Positions 10,766-20,674 of a stretch of DNA of 34,592 nucleotides are shown here, piece after piece (within the stretch, counting starts at the first letter, position 1; each line of letters begins with the position of its first letter). The notes below the pieces were generated by a model. The model saw nothing but the letters and a program-made list of their open reading frames with translations, was not told the DNA's origin and did not search any database. The translations under genes and the position numbers were made by a program. Location: positions 66,486,022 to 66,520,613 of the forward strand of contig NC_068982.1 in assembly GCF_001194135.2 (NCBI RefSeq), given 5' to 3'. The stretch is from Octopus bimaculoides. Its lineage: Eukaryota.

Positions 10766-11054
10766 CATTATTATTATCATCATGATCATTATTATTGTTG
10801 TTTTATTCATTATTCTGAGACAGAAGGAATATAACCAATAAACTTCCTAGATTCTCTTAGACTGGAAGATGGTAATGTTATTAATGATCTTATTGAAGAG
10901 ACAGATGGAGTTGCCATATCAATAGATGAACATAAAATGACGGCTAGCCAAAAGTTGTAAGATGTTGATAAATGAAATTTTTCCCAATAGGCACATGGCT
11001 CATTGATACAAAAATAATATTTAGGTACAGAAAATGTTAATACTGCATACTTAC

Positions 11055-11152
11055 TACATTGATTTCGTAAACAGCGAGTTCCTGGACTTAAGTTGCAGAG
11101 CTCACATGCTTCATAAGTTGATGGAAAGAATGGGTGTTCTGGATAATTTCCA
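11055..11152 (-). CDS. CAP gene exon (GN motif and Cys-rich hinge)
   Basis: Acceptor tttatctttctcAG, donor A|GTAAGT; 98 nt, phase 2 to 1. Translates GNYPEHPFFPSTYEACELCNLSPGTRCLRNQC, the CRISP-type hinge C-x2-C...C-x4-C. Confidence 0.92.
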
Positions 11153-11379
11153 CTGAGAAAGATAAACTGACATCAAACTCAGAAATCAATTTGAGTACCA
11201 ATTATAGTTAGCTTGCTTTTTTTATTTTTTTTATTTCTCTATTTTATGTAATCTTCCAGTTACATAGAATAAAGAATAAGTAAAAAATAAATTGAACAGG
11301 CAATTAGAATATGTATAAAATATTTAGAAAATTATGCAGAACACTTATTGAAAGGAGAGAAAATTGCTGTTTTCCTTAC

Positions 11380-11498
11380 GGTGGGGAATAATCACATACA
11401 TATATCCACCATTGTTTTTCTGTGGTACCATCAGAAAATTGAAGACTATCACAGAACTGTTGACCACAACCAACTTTATTAGTTTCATACCATATTAA
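11380..11498 (-). CDS. CAP gene exon (W..T..VGCG and YVCDY.P motifs)
   Basis: Acceptor ttctttattgcAG, donor CC|GTAAGG; 119 nt, phase 0 to 2. Translates LIWYETNKVGCGQQFCDSLQFSDGTTEKQWWIYVCDYSP(P), matching the CAP1/CAP2 signatures. Confidence 0.95.
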
Positions 11499-12011
11499 CT
11501 GCAATAAAGAACTGAGTATTTAAAAAAAAAAAAACCTTTATTTGGAGCAATCAGTGAAGTTTTACTTACAAGACTTCAAAAGTTGGATTTAATATTTATG
11601 CACTTTCACTGCTAAACTTACTTAAGCAAAAAAAAAATGTTCATTAATGAAGGCCCTGATCCAAACATTAAATACCCCCTTCTCTTCATAATGCACATAC
11701 TTAAGCATAAATATTATTGTTCCACAAGGAAAAAAATAAATAACCTTGTAGAAGTAAGGAATAAGTATAAAACCCATAGATTTTCTTCTTATTCCTTATT
11801 TCTTCTTTTCTTTTTCTGATTTTTTAGTGTCTTATTTTCGTTGTGTACTTTCATTGGGACAACCTGGCTGAGTTCTCTATGTCTTGTTAATGTACAAAGT
11901 TTTAGTTTGGTATTTTCAATTGTATTGAAAGTAAACTAAATTATATATGTGTGTATGTGTAGTATGATGGTGCTATTTTCTGTATGTTGTACATATGTGA
12001 GGCATGGACGG

Positions 12012-13210
12012 ATGCAGGTGTAGCTGTGTGGTTAAGAAGCTTGCTTCCCAGCCACAGAGACTAAGATTTGGTTCCCCTGCAAGACATCTTGGACAAATAT
12101 CTTTTACTATAGCCCCAAGCAAACCGAAGCCTTGTGAGGTAGAGTTGCCAAATGAAAACTGAAAGAAGCCCATTACATATGCATATATATGTGTATGTAT
12201 GTATATATAGATGCAATTTGAAATTCCCACCACTTACATAGGTAAATAGCGATAAACAGTCTTCTATGTACTATATTGGATACACAGTGTTCGTTTGGTA
12301 TGTTGATTTTCTGTTTACTGCTATTTATCTTGACCATATTATACTGATGAGTAGAGGTTGTATAATACTACAATAACTACGAAATCATGATCTTTAATTC
12401 AGTCTGTTTTTAAGGGGCTGGCTTTGAGAGTTGCATTTCCTTGCATTCGGTAAAAATGTGTTTTTTATGGTAGTCTGACCTTAGAGTCCCTCATAGCGTG
12501 AAGCATTATTGTATAGTAATGCCCTTATATAAATAAATACATGAATGTATGTATATTCATTCCTCCTCATCTTGACATTGCATGAGAGCTGTAAGTGAAT
12601 GTCACTGTCATACGAGCAGTATCATTTATTCCCAAAACTCATTATAAATATGTTTGACCATGGGGAAAATAACATCTTGCTTGGAAACAAATGAGGGTTG
12701 GTGACAAGAAGGATATCCAATCATAGAAAATCTGACCTGTGCAAAAGTAAATGATGATGAAGCAATGATGATTATCTGTTATCTGGAGATAATCCTTGGG
12801 TGATGAAAATCATTAGTGTTTCTTTTTACTTGTTTCAGTCATCAGAATGCAGTCATGCTGGAGTACCAGCCTAAGGAATTTTGAGTTGAATGTATCAACC
12901 CCAGTACTTACTTTTTAAAAGATTGGTATTTATTTTATTGGTTTCTTTAGCCAAATTGCTAAGTTATAGGGATGCAAACACACCAGCACTGGTTTTCATG
13001 TGGTGGTGGGGAGGACACACACACACACACATACACACACACACATATGGCAGGCTTCTTTCAGCTTTCATCTATCAAATCCACTCATAAGGTTTTAGTC
13101 AGCTCAAGGCCATAGTAGAAGACACTTGTGCAAGATGCCACACAGTGGGGCTGAACCCCAAACCATCTGGTTGGGAAGCAAGCTTCTTACCACATAGTTA
13201 CTCCTGCATG
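12012..13210. mobile_element. SINE cluster: family B 12012-12175 (+) and 13045-13210 (-); family D 12828-13020; C-like 12540-12770
   Basis: Shared motifs with copies at 8172-8848, 20315-20640 and 21160-21875. Confidence 0.6.
12338..12398 (+). ncRNA. Type I hammerhead ribozyme with intact core and palindromic stem III
   Basis: ATTATA CTGATGA GTAG-agg-TTGTA-taatac-TACAA-taa-CTAC GAAA TCATGA TC/ TTTAAT. All conserved core nucleotides are present, the cleavage triplet is AUC, and stem I pairs at 5 of 6 positions. Confidence 0.75.
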
Positions 13211-13692
13211 TTATTGGTGAAATTATTAAAATGTTTAACAAAATACCTTGTGGTATTTGTTCTGGTTCTTTATGTTCTAAGCCCACTTGTAAAGACACTG
13301 GCGTCAAACTGTATCAGTCCTTGCTTTCACTTGGACAACATCAGGGGAGAGGAAAGGGCTGTTGAATGGCTAACTGCTACTCTTTCCTTTAAAAAAAAAA
13401 GAAAAAAAGCTTGCACAGCTCTGTGCCCTGGAGAATTTCCAGGTGCAGACACATAGCTAACTTTGACCAATGAAGGCCTTAGAGACATAGTGGCTTGTAT
13501 AAGAGATAAGAGAGACACAGGACAATAGTGACTGGAACTTCTCTGACTACCATTCTGTTGAATTCATTTTAACATGGTGCTAAACAACAAAAATTACCAC
13601 CATCACCGCTGTCACAGCTGCTGCTTTCATCGTTTCCACCGCTGCTGTCACCACCACCACCGCCACCGCCACCACCACTGTCATTGCCTTAC

Positions 13693-13846
13693 CTGTGTAT
13701 ATGCTTCACAGTTTTTACCTTTCCTACAACTATTTGTTGAATAAATATAGTTTGAAGACTGAGACTGGAATATTTCCACTATTTCTTCTGGCTTTAATTT
13801 TCCTTGTACTGCAACTGAATTCTGACCAACATTTGTCCCGTTCAGA
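13693..13846 (-). CDS. CAP gene exon (GQN and xYTQ motifs)
   Basis: Acceptor cttctttatttcAG, donor CAG|GTAAGG; 154 nt, phase 2 to 0. Translates LNGTNVGQNSVAVQGKLKPEEIVEIFQSQSSNYIYSTNSCRKGKNCEAYTQ. Confidence 0.92.
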
Positions 13847-14519
13847 CTGAAATAAAGAAGGTTTTGATGGCCCATGAAAGGCCAACAGAAAATATTGCAT
13901 TATTTTAAACGTTTGAACATTTGTTTGTTATTTAGACAAACTGGTAGCTACTTTAGATAAAGGTTTGAATGAGTTCATGAAGTCAGTATGCACACAAGCA
14001 CACACACACACATACACACACATGCATATGTGTATGCCTGTGTGTATGCATGTGTGGGTATGTGTATGCAAATGTGTTGGTGTAAACTGATAAATAGAAT
14101 TGACACATAAGTGTATGCGTGCATCTGTGTGTTGGAGTGTATTGTGCATCTGTGTATGTGTGCACATGTACACACAAGTACGTGTGTGTATGTCTTTCCC
14201 CTTCAAATTTCTAGAATAATGAGGGTGTGTGACTATATCAATATGAGATGAAAATAAAAAGCCACATTCAAACAGAAATACTGTGGGATTTCTGTATGAC
14301 TCACTTATCTTCCTATATCTGTTTACACCAATGTCCTCTTTGCATTTTGCATTTTATGAGAATAGTGAAACAAGACACAGTATTATTATTGATTTACTTA
14401 ACTAAAACTCTTGAAGATGATGCTCCAACTGGCCACAATCCAATTATTGAAACCATTTAAAACATAAAAGAATGAAGATATAAGAAAAAATTAATGTATA
14501 TGTATACATAAACACTTAC

Positions 14520-14596
14520 AAGAAGAGGTTGCCTGGTCCAAAAACACATCGGTCAGCTTGGCCTTGGGCTAAAGAAGCAAGGGATTCATCCCATTC
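14520..14596 (-). CDS. CAP gene exon (WD..LA..AQ..A..C motif)
   Basis: Acceptor cattttgtAG, donor TT|GTAAGT; 77 nt, phase 0 to 2. Translates EWDESLASLAQGQADRCVFGPGNLF(F). Confidence 0.92.
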
Positions 14597-14699
14597 CTAC
14601 AAAATGATATTAGGAAATATCATAAGGACCAAGAAAGAAGGAACTAAAGAAAGAAAAAAGTGAGTGAGCATAAAAGAATTTATATAAATATACTCATGA

Positions 14700-14876
14700 A
14701 CACATACACATTCATATGTATGAATGTACATACATATATACATACATACACACATACATACACACATACATACATACACACACATACATACACACACATA
14801 CATACACACACATACACACACACACATACATATATGCATACATACATACATACATACACACATACATACATACATA
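14700..14876. repeat. (CATA)n/(CA)n compound microsatellite
   Basis: Directly visible; continues as (CATA)n at 15585-15628 beyond the LINE. Confidence 0.95.
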
Positions 14877-15584
14877 GTAACTAGGACACTCTATAATGAA
14901 ATCCATTGGAAGGATAATCTCAAGGACAAAGAAATAAAAACCCACAATATGGTAGAAGCCATAGCCACTCATAATAAAAAGGAATACTGGTGGAATGTAC
15001 CAGTGAAGACCTCAATAAAATGTAAGCACAACATACCTAATATAATGATTTGGGATAGAGAAAAGAAACTGTTCACAGTTGTGGAAATTAGCTGCTCAGC
15101 GGATGTTAACATAAAGGTGAAGATCAATGAAAAAGAGAACACCTATGCTGAACTATTGAGAAATCTGCAGTTACTCTATCCAGATTACAAGTTCAGGTTT
15201 ATGTCTGTAATTATTGGGGCCCTGGGATATGTAACACACTGCCTAAATACCAATCTTGAGAAATTAGGCTTCTCAAAACCAGAAAGGAGAAAGCTGATTC
15301 GAAGACTACAGATCCAATCCATCACTGGAACTGTAAAAATCTGTAAAACTTTTCAGAAGTTTATCATTTAAATATATCTGAGCATGTCTACATATGTAAC
15401 TATATGCATGAGAATACATACATAAAACATTCAAAGCTGCACATACATACATGCATACATACATACATACACACAAAAATACCTAGTTGTTGATGTTGAG
15501 ATTCCAATGAAGGGACCCTGGATCTAGGTTAGAAACCGGTTCTTTCTCTATTGGCAAAATATCTTGAAATAAACTGAATAATGA
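14876..15584 (+). mobile_element. 5'-truncated R4/Dong-clade (restriction-like endonuclease) non-LTR retrotransposon in a (CATA)n array
   Basis: Open frame 14877-15371: RTLYNEI...WWNVPVKTSIKCKHNIPNIMIWDREKK...VVEISCSADVN...EKENTYAEL...IIGALG...GTVKICK, a PD-(D/E)xK RLE with PD changed to PN. About 210 nt of 3' UTR follow, then (CATA)n; a CATA/CA array also lies on the 5' side. Confidence 0.88.
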
Positions 15585-15598
15585 CATACATGCATACA

Positions 15599-15629
<31 letters not shown>

Positions 15630-16432
15630 GTGGTAACCAATATATTAAGTGTAATGAGTCAAAACAAACTTTTAATCACTTGAAATTATATCTGTATTGA
15701 GAAAATAAGATTTAGCTTATAAAACAATTCTTGTAAAGAAATTGTCTATACATAAACTCATATGGCCAGTTTCCTCATGGACTGGACGCTGGTCCGTCCA
15801 GGAAGGGATATAGGCACAATAGAATCTGGGAAACTAGCGCTATGAATTTATATGATTTGTGTAGGATCGTCATTCTTTTACTCTATCCTATATACAGATA
15901 AATTCTGAACATGTATGTAAGTGTATGTCTCCTTCCTCATATATGATACTTTTACCCTCAGATCAATCTCACCAACCATTGTTAATTCCCTTTCTAACAA
16001 ACCAAAGGGACACAATTCTTATCACTTTTTCCTCCAAACTTTCCTTTTCTTATTTCTTTCTCTTTTATCCATTTTTCATTTTTTTCTCATTATTTGTTGC
16101 TTTCACACAGGGAGCAGCTATGTTTATTTTGACCATTGTACCATCAGATTATGAAACTTATACTTACGAACATTTAAATCTCGTATTTATTAAATCATAT
16201 ACATATAATATATGCGTGTGTGTGTGTGTGTGTGTGTGTACAGCAGCTATGTTGGGGCATTGCCTGTGTTATTGCTACTCTTAGTGCAACACTCCGTCTG
16301 CATTTGACTTTTGGTGAATGTGTTTGATATCAATACCATGAGTCATGAGTCCTCTTATCAATATGTTCACTTGTCTTAGATTTCCGATTCTAGAATATGT
16401 ATGTATGTATGCCTGCATGTATATGTACACGG

Positions 16433-16478
<46 letters not shown>

Positions 16479-16556
16479 GTATATATGTATACATATACAT
16501 ATATATACATACAATGTGTATATAGATACGCGCGCGCGCGCATACATGCATATGTA

Positions 16557-17398
16557 TGGATCTAGTTAGTTTGGCTGCCAGCATTTCAAAAATTAAAGTT
16601 TATCAAAACTTTTAAAATTTGGCATATTAATATGCTTTTCCAAGCTGAATTGCTGGAGTTATTTCACTTTTTCCAGAAAAATGTTTTTAAAAAGTTGTAG
16701 CGGTTTACAGTTTGATCGTTTTCACCCAGTCAGGAAACAGGATTTGAAAGATGTCATTTTGTGCGTGACTGCACGTGTTGTCAACATTCTGAAAATAGCA
16801 CGTATTTTTATATGAAACTGTAAACAAATCAAAGAATTTAGAATTTTCAGAACATTTTTGAAAATTTGTACTCTACACATGGGAATCCATACGATTATGC
16901 AAATAAAAAGAGATCTTTCTGATTTGACGGGCACCACTTGCTTTCTTAACGAAACACTTTCAAACTTGGGAGACTGGTAGAATGTGTCATATAAAGTTTT
17001 AAATGGGTGAGGGCGTGATTTAAGGCCTATTTAGGTGTTATTTTTTAGCACATTTTCCGACCAGGTTACAAGCAACAGATGGGCATAAGCAACAGAATAT
17101 ATCGTCAACGCATTTGGCATCGCTTAGAATATATTTGGGAACACACATGCTTTCTCGCTGACAAAAGAGTTCTCATGTTTGACTTGTTACTATGGAAACA
17201 AGTATGAATGTGTCTGTGGCTTACGATTGGCTAAAATTACCCAAAATTTCTAAACTTTAATTGCTACTAACTTATTTATTGATTTATAGCAGAAATGATT
17301 TCCACGTCATTCTTTAACCTATAAAAGTGTATCATTACACTGAATATGAAATCAATTTGAACAGAAAATAATGCTGGCAGCCAAACCAACTAGATCCA
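16557..17398. mobile_element. ~840-bp MITE-like non-autonomous DNA transposon with TIRs and TA flanks
   Basis: TATGGATCTAGTTAGTTTGGCTGCCAGCATT (16555-16585) versus the reverse complement of 17370-17400: 30 of 31 match. TA on both sides suggests Tc1/mariner type. No ORF. Confidence 0.8.
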
Positions 17399-18477
17399 TA
17401 TATTTATATATATACAAATAATAAATGAGTATATGCATATATACGTACATGTATGTACATACCTACATCTACATGTATATATAGATGCATATCTGGGTAC
17501 AGGACGTTGCAAAAAAAACGTGGACAAAATGGTAAACAGAATACAGAAAACACACAGGCCACATAGAGAACATTTCCTTCATCAGCTGCCACCATTCTAA
17601 AACTAAGCGTTTCGAAGAGTTAAGGCAGGACGCATCGTTAGAATGGCTCTTCCCACGGACCACAAATTAAATTTGTACCATGGAGGAATGTAGTGGCGGA
17701 CAGAAAACAAGACAGGAAAACGAAACAGTGAAAACAAACAAAAAAGGCTATACGGCCAGACGTGAAAAAATATGTGTATATATATATTACAGCACACACA
17801 AACACATATATACTTTGACATACACACGCATACACATGCACGTATACATTTGGATATATGTATACAGAGAGAGAGAACGAGAGGGAGTGAGAGTGTGTGA
17901 TGTCTGGTTTTACAAACAAAGCAGAAGAGCGGGCCACCTGTATTCTTATAATGACGATATTACAATAGATAAGAATGAAACATTATTCCAGTTAGTGAAA
18001 AACGTTGATTAATCTCTAGGGTAATGAACAACACTTAATCTTATCTTACCCATATACACTTTAGCTTATATAATTGGGTTTCACCCTCTTAGGACATCTG
18101 TTACTCCATATTTTAAGTTTGTGTGTGGATAAAGAGTGAATACCCTTGAATGCGTACATTTATAAACATACTTTTTGCTTTGAAACTCGTTGTGAAGTCC
18201 GTTTTGTGTTTAAATCATTGTGTTCTATCATCAGAACGAAATTGTGAACCGTTGGTATAGTTAGTCCTTGAGTGGTTTTTATTAAAGTATTTTCTTTTTA
18301 GTTCAACTGATTATTGCTGACTTATCAAGGGTATCTAGAAAAGTAAATCAGAGAGAGAGAGAGAGAGAGGCTTACGTTTCTTTTGGATTACTTTAACTTC
18401 TCTAATACTAAATGGTCCGAAGACCACGTTTTCTCGGGAAAGTTGCTGCTTGAACAAAGGGCAAGTAGAATGTACTG

Positions 18478-18735
18478 GGATCTATTCGGTTTGGCTGCCA
18501 CCATCAATTCTATTCGAAGTGATTTCATATTCAGTGTAATGATACACTTTTATAGGCTAATTAATGACGTGAAAGTAATTTTTGCTTTAAATCAATAAAC
18601 AAAGAATTATTAGCAATTAAAGTTTGAAAATTCTTGTAATTTTAGCCAATCTTAAGCCACAGACACATTCATGCCTGTTTCGATTGTAAGAAGTGGAACA
18701 TGAGAACTATTTTGTCTGCGAGAAAGCACATGCCT
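18478..18735. mobile_element. Diverged, inverted partial copy of the right end of the 16557-17398 MITE
   Basis: GGATCTATTCGGTTTGGCTGCCACC...GATTTCATATTCAGTGTAATGATACACTTTTATAGG...GCGAGAAAGCA aligns to the reverse complement of ~17140-17398. Confidence 0.75.
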
Positions 18736-19554
18736 GTAGCCATAGTATCAAGCGAAACCGAGCAGTCTTTGAAAAGTCTTTTATCTGTGAGGAAGCACGT
18801 GTTGATAAATTTGATGCTGTGTTTCGTGTGATTATGGTAGCAAGCTCCAGTAACTTCGCTTCTATTATGGAAACATTGAAAACAGAGGAGGATGTGTTTA
18901 AAATTAAAACCGAAAGTTAGAAATACACTCAGTCAAAAATATTTTGTAATGTGCTGCTTATTGCATTCTTAAATGTTTGTTTTTTAAGCACATTTTGTTC
19001 ACTCTTATTTTCATATATAACATATAAACATGTACATCTTTAGGAACATTGTCATTTCATAAGATTTTGCAGGCAAATTTTTAAATTAACATAAACATTT
19101 ATTTACATGAAAGAAAATTACCGGAGAACTTTCATCTAATTCTTCCAAATCTTTCTCCTAAAAATTGTAAGGTGTTTATCGCAATTGCATTAAATGCATA
19201 ATATATATATATATAATTATGTTGGTAGGGTAAAATCCAAGCTGTGTCCACTTGAAGGGCATCTACTTATTTCAGTATGTAGTTCTTGTATTGATATGAG
19301 GTACATATTAAAGATGAAAATTCTAGAAACATATATATAAAGGTTACCCAGGTTTTCGCATCCACAAGGCCTTAGCTTTACATACATTTCGTCAGACACC
19401 GGCCATTAGGGCCTGACGAGACGTGTAAAGCCAAGTGCTTTATAGACGCAAAACTCAGGATAATCCTATGAACCAGCCATAATTATCTGTATCTAAATAC
19501 TCTAACGCTCTATAACTTAGAATGTGCTTTTCTTTCGGATTTATGATCTACTGA

Positions 19555-19557
<3 letters not shown>

Positions 19558-19647
<90 letters not shown>
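19558..19647. repeat. (TA)n(TG)n microsatellite
   Basis: Directly visible. Other arrays: (TATG)n ~20225-20300, (CA)n ~24060-24088, (GA)n 25947-25995. Confidence 0.95.
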
Positions 19648-19649
<2 letters not shown>

Positions 19650-20314
19650 GATTCAGTAGGGTCAATGCTCCAAAAACCACCATAAACTCATGATAAAGAT
19701 AAACCGTCCATCAGGAGATGTGAGACCTCCTGATGGATTTATTTTTTCTCTATGATTCTCGTATGATTACAGCCATTTCATAACTTTCATTATGTAATTT
19801 TATTAATTTCAGTATGCAAATTTTTACGTACATGCTTACATCGATATGTATAGTCAGTGTATTCAATTGTATATTCGCCAATTATTACAACTAAAGAAAG
19901 TTAATTCATCATATCACCGGAATATCCTGAGTACATCTATAATTCAATACGTTATATACATATGTGTGTGGGGGTGGAGTGGCGAGTGTGTGGGTATACA
20001 CACACACACACACAGAGGCGGGTATGCACCCGTAAAAACTCTCTTTTGCTTTTGCTTTCGCTAAAAATATTGATCCACCTAGTTTAGTGGATTAAGGTGG
20101 GAGACAAAGATTATAACAACCGCCCTTCCCCACGCTGATTTGTACTACAGCCAAGATTGGACATCCCAGCATTTGAGAGTTTCTAGATTACTTTGTTATC
20201 AATCTCTTAAGCGACAAATATACATATACAAACACATACACATGTATGTATGTATGTATGTATGTATGTATGTATGTATGTATGTATGTATGTATGTATG
20301 TCTTTCCTTTCCTT

Positions 20315-20643
20315 TGCTTGTTTCAGTCATGAGGCTGCAGCCATGCTGGGGCACCGACTTGAAGAATTTTTAGACGAATGAATGGACCCCAGTACTTTTT
20401 AAAACCTGGAACTTATTCTATCGATCTTTTTTGCTGAACCACTACGTTACGGGGACGTAAACACACTAACACTGGTCACACACACACACACACACACACA
20501 CGACGGAGTTCTTTCAGTTTCCGTCTATCAAATCCACTCACAAGGCTTTGGTCAACCCGAGGCTATAATTGGAGGCACATGCCCAAAATGGTACACTATG
20601 GTTTTGAACCTGAAACTATGTACCTCGAACCATGGAAGCAAGC

Positions 20644-20674
<31 letters not shown>

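Noticed and set aside
14305-14380. Minus-strand donor GTGAGT with frame NAKCKEDIGVNRYRKI as a possible CAP exon
   Set aside because: Ends in phase 1, incompatible with the phase-2 start at 13846; the exon at 14520-14596 fits instead.
14520-14596. GC-richer plus-strand segment with hairpins that first looked like a twister/HDV-type leader of the nearby LINE
   Set aside because: Ribozyme consensus not met; fully explained as a minus-strand CAP exon with canonical splice sites.
15769-15846. Plus frame FLMDWTLVRPGRDIGTIESGKLAL* resembling the SDR motif DWTIVRPG, overlapping a small hairpin
   Set aside because: Poor acceptor, very short match, no other SDR exons found.
18693-18920. 75-aa ORF after the partial MITE as a possible transposase start
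   Set aside because: No HTH or DDE motif recognised.
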